In this document: positions 53,601 through 64,000 of the stretch, piece by piece
Layout of the letters: every line of letters begins with the position of its first letter
How positions within the stretch are numbered: the stretch's first letter is position 1
Source: Macrostomum lignano
Taxonomy: Eukaryota
Assembly: GCA_002269645.1 (NCBI GenBank)
Contig: NIVC01000013.1
Coordinates: 744,001-808,000 of the forward strand
DNA: 64,000 bases
Direction: 5' to 3'
Notes under the pieces: model-generated
Seen by the model: only the letters and a program-made list of their open reading frames with translations
Database searches by the model: none
Told to the model about the DNA's origin: nothing
Position numbers and translations under genes: made by a program

Positions 53601-54608
53601 GCACTGGAAAAAACAATAGAAGACTCTTCCCCCCAAAGAGAGGGGAACGTAGACGGGAGGGGGGGGGAGAATGAACGGGGGTTAGAGTGTTGGCAAAGAA
53701 ACTCTAGAATGAAAGCGTATACGAGAAAGCAGAGCACAGGGGATTGGAAGGCCGCAATCCAACCAGTGAACAGTGTCCTCTCGCAATAGCGACACACATT
53801 CAGTGGTGAGCTATAGTCTGTCGGAGAGAAAGAGCTTTAAGAGAGCGATATTATAACAACTGGCTTCTAATAGTTTCCTTGCGCGTGAGACTGCGTTACC
53901 ACCTAGGCTTAGTAAGTGAGGTTTCGCAAGCTCATAATTATCTATTAAACTTAAAAATTTTGTTGTTAGGCCAATGCCATTGCTACAGACAGACTTTCTG
54001 ACTGACTGCCAACAGCTTTAGCTTACTAAAGAAAAAGTAAGGATAAAAATTGGCTTGCTGCTTCTGCAACTTCAACCCCCCCCCTCACTCTCGAGAGTGC
54101 GGGCCCACCTCAGCGCAAAGCGGCAGCACTGTACACTGACGGGACAGAGGCCTTTCAACACAGCACCTACTTAAATACGCAGTGTGTGCGCCAGCTCAAT
54201 ACCTATATAATATACCTGAACAAAGCATAAAAGGCTACGCAAAAGAAGAAGACTGCAATTTAACAAGGGAGTGAAGACCTGGCTAGGTGAGGACGGTCTA
54301 GAAGCTGTCATACCTGGAGCGAATAAGAACAAAGTTTATTCATCACAGACTCGGTTCTGCTTCAGTATATTGGACACGGTTCGAAGGGTCCTCGCCCGTA
54401 CACGGTTGCGTAATAACTTCACTGTTTGCCTTCTATTTCCTGTCTTGTATATAGAATCTGGAACCCCAGGCCGACTAAGTTTGAAGGCTGAAGCAGATTT
54501 GCTGGAATACTCTCGCGACTCAGGCAGAGTGGCAGCCGTCATCAAGGCTTCTATAATTGCTATAATAGAGCCCAAAATAGAGTCGTGTTTATTTTAATAT
54601 CGTTTAGA

Positions 54609-54702
54609 ATGGATCGCACAAGAGTCGGATTGCCTAACGCTGCAAGCATATTGTTAATTGCACTGCTGCTGACAACTAGCGAAATCTACGTCACCCTGTC
54701 AG
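54609..54702 (+). CDS. Ig-like type-I membrane protein, exon 1 (signal peptide MDRTRVGLPNAASILLIALLLTTSEIYVTLS)
   Basis: ATG just after a TTTAG acceptor; hydrophobic core; CAG|GTAAG phase-1 donor. Confidence 0.72.
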
Positions 54703-55001
54703 GTAAGAATCTCAACATACTTGCATAGCGAAATGGAATAACTATAGAAATGTTCAGGGACTTACTCAATCAAAGGGCATGCTCCCCCAAATAGCTCAAA
54801 GTAGCTTTTGACTTTATGCAGTCACTATTTTAATTAGTTTCTTAAGGAAAAAAGATTTTTTTCAAACCAAAGAAGGTATCAGCCCTGAAAGCCTGCTATT
54901 CAGCCTAAGATATCAGATCCACAATGAGCTTTGGCATCGAGACTCATCTTTAAGGCTTAACCCCAACTCTTATTTTGATTCTTGGCCTATCTTGACTCTA
55001 A

Positions 55002-55560
55002 GCAACTCCCCCATGAGCCTTGACATCTCAGCAACTCCCCATGAGCCTTGACATCTCAGCAAATCCCCCATGAGCCTTGACATCTCAGCAAATCCCCCAT
55101 GAGCCTTGACATCTCAGCAACTCCCCATGAGCCTTGACATCTCAGCAACTCCCCATGAGCCTTGACATCTCAGCAACTCCCCATGAGCCTTGAAATCTCA
55201 GAAACTCCCCATGAGCCCTGACATCTCAGCAACTTCTCCGTGAGCCTTGACATCTCAGCAACTCCCCATTGAGCCTTGACATCTCAGCAAATCCCCCATG
55301 AGCCTTGACATCTCAGCAAATCCCCCATGAGCCTTGACTCTCAGCAACTCCTCCATGAGCCTTGACATCTCAGCAAATCCCCCATGAGCCTTGACATCTC
55401 AGCAACTTCTCCATGAGCCTTGACATCTCAGCAAATCCTGCATGAGCCTTGACTCTCAGCAACTCCTCCATGAGCCTTGACATCTCAGCAACTCCTTGAG
55501 CCTTGACATCCCAGCAACTCCCCCATGAGCCCTGACATCTCAGCAACTCCCCATGAGTTT
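55002..55560. repeat. ~28-29-bp minisatellite GAGCCTTGACATCTCAGCAACTCCCCAT
   Basis: Direct reading; intronic. Confidence 0.94.
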
Positions 55561-56713
55561 TTAGACATCTTGGAAATTCTAACAATCCACACTCTCATGT
55601 CCAAGGACTCGTTAGACTTTGAAATTTAATTCTTAATTTTAATTTGATTTAATTTTAATTCAACCATGACTGCGAAACCATTGAGCTATCGTTTTTTGTG
55701 CTCCAACTAGCTGTATACATGTAGCTAGTGTTGTATAGTGTAGTATAGGCAGTGAAGAGACACCGAGAAAGAGAGTGAAAGAGGCTACTGCACTCTGTGC
55801 ATGTTTTTTGAGCTGAGTCACCCACCATTTGCAAAAATGCGGGACAGTCTTCCTGCCTGCTGTTTGCGGCTCACGTACGCTTGTGAAAAACAGTTTTTGA
55901 TACTCTGAATAATAACTCTGTGACCTGAATGAGACGAAAAAGCCCCTGCAATTATATGATTTGGGCGAATCTTTGTGATTTATTAATCTTCAACAAAATG
56001 GGCTATGGCTGGTAGACACTGTTCTTTACTACATGTGCTCAATGTTTGAAAGAGGAAGGAAGTTTAGCCTCTTTGTAGGTTTAGTGTTAAGCTTAGCCAG
56101 AGAACTATACCTGAATATAAAATAATCTTATTCATTGTGTCAGAGAAAGACACGTCACTTAATTCAACCAAATGTTGCGAGTAAAATTGCAAGCTTGCGT
56201 TTTGTGGTAATGCTATCCAACACGTTCTGAAGTTCGTTTTCGAGCGTAGCCACCAACAAAGATTACAGTTAATACAGAATAGGACCTTTGTCTAAGTCAA
56301 CGGTAGGCAACATTTTTACCTCAAGGGCTAGAGGAGGGCAAGAGAGGAGAGAGAAGAGAGAAAAGAGAAAGGAGGTGAGATAATTATGGAGGAGAGAGGA
56401 GAGAGGAGACGAGAGGAGGGATGAACTCGAATAGGGGAGAAAAGAGAAGGGAGTGGATAGGAGAGAAAAGAATGAGATGAGAGAGAGAGGAGAGAAGAGG
56501 AGAGGAGAGAGTGGAGAGAGGAGATTAGAGAGAAAATAGCTGAGAAGAGACACAAGCCTTGAGCGGGCCGAATTGCTATTGTGAAGTTTCAAAGGGCCGG
56601 ATACTCGTAGAGAGGGCTCGTAAGTCGTTCTTGCTTTCGTCTTGGGAGTTGCAACACGACCCAGAAATTCTCTTACAACAATGTAGCTTTTAACCCGATC
56701 CCCCCACACACAG

Positions 56714-57238
56714 CAGCGGCGGTACTTCAAGACACCCGAATGGCCGTCCCGAGCTCCGACCAGTCCATTAAGCTCAAAGTCGAAATCACCGACACAAAAT
56801 TCCACTTGACCTGCGAAGTCACCGGCATCAACGGTCCAGTAGACGATCAGAAGATCCGATTTTTCTGTCCGGCAATCGAAAAACTCGGAGATCCCTGCTT
56901 CTCAGACTGCAATCCACACTGTTCGATGAGTTCTGACAAATGCCTACTAGCCCACCCGGTGCTGAACAGCTCCGTCCGGTGCAAAGAGTCCAAACCGTTT
57001 CCCGGTGCCAAATTCATCGACCTGTATTTCGACAACAGTCAGGCCGAACTAGCTGGCGAATGGTACTGCCGGTTCCAGACTGCGATCAGCTCGAAAACGT
57101 CAATTAGCAGGAGAGAAAAAAATCCACCTGCTGTCCTGGCAACTACGGCAGCTCCGCAGATCAGCGCGGCCACGAAGAAGCCGGTGCCGCAGCCGGTGCC
57201 CACCAATCCGCCGCCTGTTGTGGTGCTACCGCCAACAA
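56714..57238 (+). CDS. Ig-like type-I membrane protein, exon 2 (Cys-rich Ig-like domain plus Pro/Thr stalk)
   Basis: FHLTCEV (B-strand Cys) and LAGEWYCRF (F-strand G-x-W/Y-x-C) bracket six extra Cys; CAGCAG acceptor and A|GTGAGA donor, phase 1-1. Confidence 0.78.
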
Positions 57239-57707
57239 GTGAGACACTCAGGCTCTGGCATAGTACTCAAATTATCTAGGGAACATCCCTTAGTGTAATT
57301 GAAACTTTTTAAAGAATATTGAAAACATTGCAATCTCATTTGAAACTTTCTTATCTTCACCAAAATTGCATCTTGGTTAATCTTTCCGGTACAATATTTT
57401 ATTAGTCTCGCACTTGGCGCTTGTCACTTCGCAGAATACCTGGCATACTCAGCCAGGTGGGTTGAATAGGGTGACACTAAAATAGATAAAATAAAGCATA
57501 ATTAAATAAAGAATGAAGAGAGCAGCATACTGGAGTGTCAGTGAGTGCTTGAGAGTGTAGTCACTACAATGAGAAAAGACCCACATCGGACTATATAGAT
57601 GCTCGTTGATATTACTGCCGCCTACGCACGAACCTTGCTTGTATTTTCAGTTCAATATTTTGTAGTTTGAAATGACAAATGACACAATATTTCCTTCTAA
57701 TTTTCAG

Positions 57708-57791
57708 GGCCACCCATATCGAATGGTGGCTTGCCCGACTCGACAACAAATACTGAAGCTGTTGATAAAACGACAAGTTACGATTCTAGGT
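57708..57791 (+). CDS. Ig-like type-I membrane protein, exon 3 (Ser/Thr stalk)
   Basis: TTTTCAG acceptor, GTAAGT donor, 84 bp, phase 1-1, open (RPPISNGGLPDSTTNTEAVDKTTSYDSR). Confidence 0.68.
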
Positions 57792-57914
57792 GTAAGTGTT
57801 AATTACATAGTTGTGGTACTACATAAGACAGATGAAAAAGAGTATAATGATCAAAAAGCAAGGTAGAGAGCGTATGGAGAGGTAGAGAGATCAGAGCTCA
57901 GAGAGATACAGATC

Positions 57915-59035
57915 TAACAGAGAGAAGTAGAGAGCTCACAGAGAGAGGTAGAGGGCTCACAGAGAGGTAGAGAGCTTACAGAGAGAGGTAGAGGGCTCAC
58001 AGAGAGAGAGGTAGGGAGCTCATAGAGAGAGAGCTAGGGAGCTCATAGAGAGAGAGGTAGGGAGCTCATAGAGGGAGAGGTAGAGAGCTCACAGAGAGAG
58101 AGGGGTAGAGAGCTCACAGAGAGAGAGAGAGGTAGAGAGCTCACAGAGAGAGAGAGGTAGAGAGCTCACAGAGAGAGAGAGAGGTAGAGAGCTTACAGAG
58201 AGAGGTAGAGGGCTCACAGAGAGAGGTAGAGGGCTCACAGAGAGAGGTAGAGGGCTCACACAGAGAGAGAGGTAGAGAGCTCACAAAGAGAGGTAGAGGG
58301 CTCACAGAGAGAGGTAGAGGGCTCACAGAGAGAGGTAGAGGGCTCACAGAGAGAGGTAGAGGGCTCACAGAGAGAGAGAGGTAGAGAGCTTACAGAGAGA
58401 GAGGGGTAGAGAGCTCACAGAGAGAGAGAGAGGTAGAGAGCTCACAGAGAGAGAGAGGTAGAGAGCTCACAGAGAGAGAGAGGTAGAGAGCTTACAGAGA
58501 GAGGTAGAGGGCTCACAGAGAGAGGTAGAGGGCTCACAGAGAGAGGTAGAGGGCTCACAGAGAGAGAGAGGTAGAGAGCTCACAAAGAGAGGTAGAGGGC
58601 TCACAGAGAGAGGTAGAGGGCTCACAGAGAGAGGTAGAGGGCTCACAGAGAGAGGTAGAGGGCTCACAGAGAGAGAGAGGTAGAGAGCTTACAGAGAGAG
58701 GTAGAGGGCTCACAGAGAGAGGTAGAGGGCTCACAGAGAGAGGTAGAGGGCTCACAGAGAGAGGTAGAGGGCTCACAGAGAGAGGTAGAGGGCTCACAGA
58801 GAGAGGTAGAGGGCTCACAGAGAGAGGTAGAGGGCTCACAGAGAGAGGTAGAGGGCTCACAGAGAGAGAGGTAGAGAGCTCACAGAGAGAGGTAGAGAGC
58901 TTACAGAGAGAGGTAGAGAGCTTACAGAGAGAGGTAGAGGGCTCACAGAGAGAGGTAGAGGGCTCACAGAGAAAGGTAGAGGGCTCACAGAGAGAGAGGT
59001 AGAGGTAGAGAGCTCACAGAGAGAGGTAGAGAGCT

Positions 59036-59115
<80 letters not shown>

Positions 59116-61386
59116 GAGAGCTCACAGAGAGAGAGAGGTAGAGAGCTCACAGAGAGAGAGAGAGAGAGAGAGAGGTAGAGAGCTCACAGAGAGAGAGAGG
59201 TAGAGAGCTCACAGAGAGAGAGAGAGGTAGAGAGCTCACAGAGAGAGAGAGAGGTAGAGAGCTCACAGAGAGAGAGAGAGGTAGAGAGCTCACAGAGAGA
59301 GACAGAGAGAGAGAGAGAGGGGTATAGAGAGCTCACAGAGGTAGAGAGCTCACAAAGAGGTAGAAAGCTCACAAAAGAGGTAGAGAGCTCATAGAGAGAG
59401 GTAGAGAGCTCACAGAGAAAGGTAGAGAGCTCATAGAGAGAGGTAGAGAGCTCACAGAGAGAGGTAGAGAGCTCATAGAGAGAGGTAGAGAGCTCACAGA
59501 GAGAGGTAGAGAGCTCATAGAGAGAGGTAGAGAGCTCACAGAGAGAGGTAGAGAGCTCATAGAGAGAGGTAGAGAGCTCACAGAGAGAGGTAGAGAGCTC
59601 ACAGAGAGAGGTAGAGAGCTCACAGAGAGAGGTAGAGGGCTCACAGAGAGAGGTAGAGAGCTCACAGAGAAAGGTAGAGAGCTCACAGAGAGAGGTAGAG
59701 AGCTCACAGAGAGAGAGAGGTAGAGAGCTTACAGAGAGAGGTAGAGAGCTCATAGAGAGAGGTAGAGAGCTCACAGAGAGAGGTAGAGAGCTCATAGAGA
59801 GAGGTAGAGAGCTCACAGAGAGAGGTAGAGAGCTCATAGAGAGAGGTAGAGAGCTCACAGAGAGAGGTAGAGAGCTCACAGAGAAAGGTAGAGGGCTCAC
59901 AGAGAGAGAGAGAGGTAGAGAGCTCACAGAGAGAGAGAGGTAGAGAGCTCACAGAGAGAGAGAGGTAGAGAGCTTACAGAGAGAGGTAGAGGGCTCACAG
60001 AGAGAGGTAGAGGGCTCACAGAGAGAGGTAGAGGGCTCACAGAGAGAGAGAGGTAGAGAGCTCACAAAGAGAGGTAGAGGGCTCACAGAGAGAGGTAGAG
60101 GGCTCACAGAGAGAGGTAGAGGGCTCACAGAGAGAGGTAGAGGGCTCACAGAGAGAGAGAGGTAGAGAGCTTACAGAGAGAGGTAGAGGGCTCACAGAGA
60201 GAGGTAGAGGGCTCACAGAGAGAGGTAGAGGGCTCACAGAGAGAGGTAGAGGGCTCACAGAGAGAGGTAGAGGGCTCACAGAGAGAGGTAGAGGGCTCAC
60301 AGAGAGAGGTAGAGGGCTCACAGAGAGAGGTAGAGGGCTCACAGAGAGAGAGGTAGAGAGCTCACAGAGAGAGGTAGAGAGCTTACAGAGAGAGGTAGAG
60401 AGCTTACAGAGAGAGGTAGAGGGCTCACAGAGAGAGGTAGAGGGCTCACAGAGAAAGGTAGAGGGCTCACAGAGAGAGAGGTAGAGGTAGAGAGCTCACA
60501 GAGAGAGGTAGAGAGCTCACAGAGAGAGAGAGAGAGAGAGAGGTAGAGAGCTCACAGAGAGAGAGAGGTAGAGAGCTCACAGAGAGAGAGAGAGGTAGAG
60601 AGCTCACAGAGAGAGAGAGAGGTAGAGAGCTCACAGAGAGAGAGAGAGGTAGAGAGCTCACAGAGAGAGACAGAGAGAGAGAGAGAGGGGTATAGAGAGC
60701 TCACAGAGGTAGAGAGCTCACAAAGAGGTAGAAAGCTCACAAAAGAGGTAGAGAGCTCATAGAGAGAGGTAGAGAGCTCACAGAGAAAGGTAGAGAGCTC
60801 ATAGAGAGAGGTAGAGAGCTCACAGAGAGAGGTAGAGAGCTCATAGAGAGAGGTAGAGAGCTCACAGAGAGAGGTAGAGAACTCATAGAGAGAGGTAGAG
60901 AGCTCACAGAGAGAGGTAGAGAGCTCATAGAGAGAGGTAGAGAGCTCACAGAGAGAGGTAGAGAGCTCACAGAGAGAGGTAGAGAGCTCACAGAGAGAGG
61001 TAGAGGGCTCACAGAGAGAGGTAGAGAGCTCACAGAGAAAGGTAGAGAGCTCACAGAGAGAGGTAGAGAGCTCACAGAGAGAGGTAGAGAGCTCACAGAG
61101 AGAGGTAGAGGGCTCACAGAGAGAGGTAGAGAGCTCATAGAGAGAGGTAGAGAGCTCACAGAGAGAGGTAGAGAGCTCACAGAGAAAGGTAGAGGGCTCA
61201 CAGAGAGAGGTAGAGAGCTCATAGAGAGAGGTAGAGAGCTCATAGAGAGAGGTAGAGAGCTCACAGAGAGAGGTAGAGAGCTCACAGAGAAAGGTAGAGG
61301 GCTCACAGAGAGAGGTAGAGAGCTCACAGAGAAAGGTAGAGAGCTCACAGAGAGAGGTAGAGAGCTCACAGAGAGAGGTAGAGAGC
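57915..61386. repeat. ~21-bp minisatellite GAGAGGTAGAGAGCTCACAGA (3.5 kb) with embedded (GA)n and a ~1.48-kb higher-order duplication
   Basis: Direct reading; identical ORFs 58555..58860 and 60037..60342 are offset by 1482 bp. Confidence 0.97.
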
Positions 61387-61396
61387 ATACATATCA

Positions 61397-61903
<507 letters not shown>

Positions 61904-63094
61904 TTAGTCCGCAGACTCCTGAGCACATGCAAGCGCGCCGATACTGTGCGCAGGCACACGCGCTCAAACACACCCTCCCATGGGGTGTTCAGCGGCCCTT
62001 TGACTTTCTAATAGTCAGACAGGTACACTCTCTGTGCCCTCGAGGGTTGGCCTCCATAGGTGTGAATTCCACATCAACAGTCAAGCGAATTTTGTTCACA
62101 AGTCCCAAATAAACTGTGGGAATCTACATTGCACAGGTTCGATGCAGTGCACTTCTAAATTAACTTTGAGCCAGTATGCGTTGAAGCGCATTTCCTGAAA
62201 TTTTTCCATGCAGTTTCATATTTTTCGCCTGCAGACACAACAGAGAGACCCACTTAGCATAAAACTGAGTCCAATAGTTACATAATTTGATACACTCCTC
62301 TTCTCCTTCCTCTAACTTTTTTACCGTTAGAGATTTCAGCATTTAGCTTGTAGTTCATGCAGAAATGCAGAAGCTAGAAATTGTCTAATCGATCGAACTG
62401 ATCCCGAACTATAATATCACCAAACTGTGTCCCCGATCTCCCGGATCTTAACTTGTTCTGGACGCCAGAACCTGGACGAGCTAAAGCTGGCTCGTGGTAA
62501 CAATGTGAATGATGCGTATTTAATAGGTCTCCAACCAAAGCGACATTATATGGAGAATGCCTCTGACTCAGCTACAGGCTCAGTTCATCCTTACTCACTG
62601 GATGATAAATTGAGGCTCCTAGGGACTCGCAAGCATAAGCAAAGGAGACCTAAGAGCTTAAATTGTGTCGCTCTCGTCCCTGTTGTTAAAGTCACTGTTG
62701 CGAATAATAATGCGATTACGTCATCATGCCATCGGAAAGAGCCGCAGCGGGGGGGTTGAATTTCTCATTATTCACCGCCACTAGCTAAAGGCCTCTTGAA
62801 GAAGATCTTCTATTTATTTTCTTTTTCTTGTCTCTGTGACAAGCCGCACGCAATGATGTAGGTAAGAGTGGCCTTGAGATGTAGTTAGGGTTCATTCCAG
62901 GTCAGAATAGCCGGGTGTCGAATCCTGATCTTGGCGACAGTAGACCTGCAGACAGGCACGAAGGACAGATGCCTCAGCGCTGGCTGTAGGACGATGCTCA
63001 TAAGCCCTCCAACGAATATTTGTTGCTTATAAATCTATAATTTCCTAACTTTGAACCCTTTCATCACCAAACCCAAAATCTGTCCTCTCTTCAG

Positions 63095-63819
63095 CGCTTC
63101 GACGTCGCAAGCGGGAGCCGCCCGGCTGCCTAGCCCACTGCCTCTGCGTCAGCACTGTCCAAGTGGTGGAGAAGGACTCAGCCAACCAAGCTGGCAGCGG
63201 CGCCACTGGGGCAGGCGGCGAGGACATGTACGAGGAGGTTCTTCCTCGGATGGCTCGTCATCAGCCGCAACGCTCGTCCGTGCGCACGATGGAGACAACT
63301 TACATCGAGGCGCCAGGGATGCACCGGTCTCGAACGCTCCCGCCGGTTGTTGGTCAAACCCAAGCCAGTCTATACTACCTGCAGGGAGTGTCCGACTCAA
63401 TGTCGCGCATACTTTACGACGATGTGCCGCCAGCATCGTCGCGTCACAGTTCCCGACCGTCGAGTCCGTACGGACAGTTAATGTCTGGCCGGAACTCGCA
63501 TTCCCGCAGTTCGCTTCGCGGCGTTGGAGCCAAGCAGCAGCAGCTGCAGCAGCAGTTTGCTGGCGGCGGGGTGAACAACTCGGCCAACTCCATCCCGGCT
63601 GTTCCAGAAGAATCGACGCCGTTTGTAGCCGACGCCCAGCCCGAAGAAGACGATCAGGACAACGGGTCGGATTATTCGGGTGCAACTCGACTCGAGCTGA
63701 GCAGGATGATGCTGCGCAAGGCGGACACCCTGCTGAGGGAAGCCAACTCGTTGCTGAGAGACACAGCGCATGGAGACGCAGCAGGGGAGGGTGGCAACCA
63801 GCTGCACTCTGCTGACTAG
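63095..63819 (+). CDS. Ig-like type-I membrane protein, exon 5 (cytoplasmic tail with tyrosine motifs)
   Basis: CTCTCTTCAG acceptor at 63094; phase 1 gives SLRRRKRE stop-transfer and runs in frame into ORF 63163..63819 to TAG. The five exons total 1542 nt (513 aa + stop). Confidence 0.78.
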
Positions 63820-64000
63820 AGACCAGTTTCACTGACTAGCCTTCTGTACATACTGCACTCTTAAAACCAGCAATTAGCTTCAATGCTTTACGAACACATG
63901 GGCAAAAATCTGGTCTCGGCCTAACCAATCGTAATCATATTTAAAAAACGCGTAGACACTACTTACTGGAAAATTCGTCAGTAGTATAGTAGGGATATTG

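Noticed and set aside
62427-62759. 110-aa plus-strand ORF inside the last intron of the Ig-like gene
   Set aside because: Non-ATG start, no phase-compatible acceptor found, no recognisable motif.

Overview
Eukaryotic, intron-containing animal genomic DNA. Gene content and style (flatworm-type innexin, poly-Ala/Gln proteins, extreme minisatellite load) suggest a free-living flatworm such as Macrostomum; this is inference, not a database result. About one third of the window (~20-21 kb by my tally) is tandem repeat: six (TATC/GATA)n-type arrays and ~20 unrelated 6-45 bp minisatellites. These produce nearly all long ORFs in the supplied track, which are artefacts. Genes reconstructed by hand from splice sites and phase: (1) first coding exon of an innexin (minus, ~4981-5130) with an apparent -1 frameshift; (2) a 3-exon ~550-aa disordered orphan protein rich in RRxS motifs (minus, 30946-34195); (3) single-exon LSM6 (minus, 36267-36509); (4) 4-exon cyclin L (minus, 37968-45480), whose RS domain lies in a shifted frame and which has a candidate poison exon; (5) a 5-exon ~513-aa type-I membrane protein with a cysteine-expanded Ig-like domain and tyrosine-motif tail (plus, 54609-63819). 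Also present: a Tc1/mariner-like deletion derivative with ~165-bp TIRs, a hAT-like MITE with an 8-bp TSD, another MITE-like inverted repeat, a dispersed VNTR-carrying element, and a 3.5-kb almost CpG-free island upstream of cyclin L.
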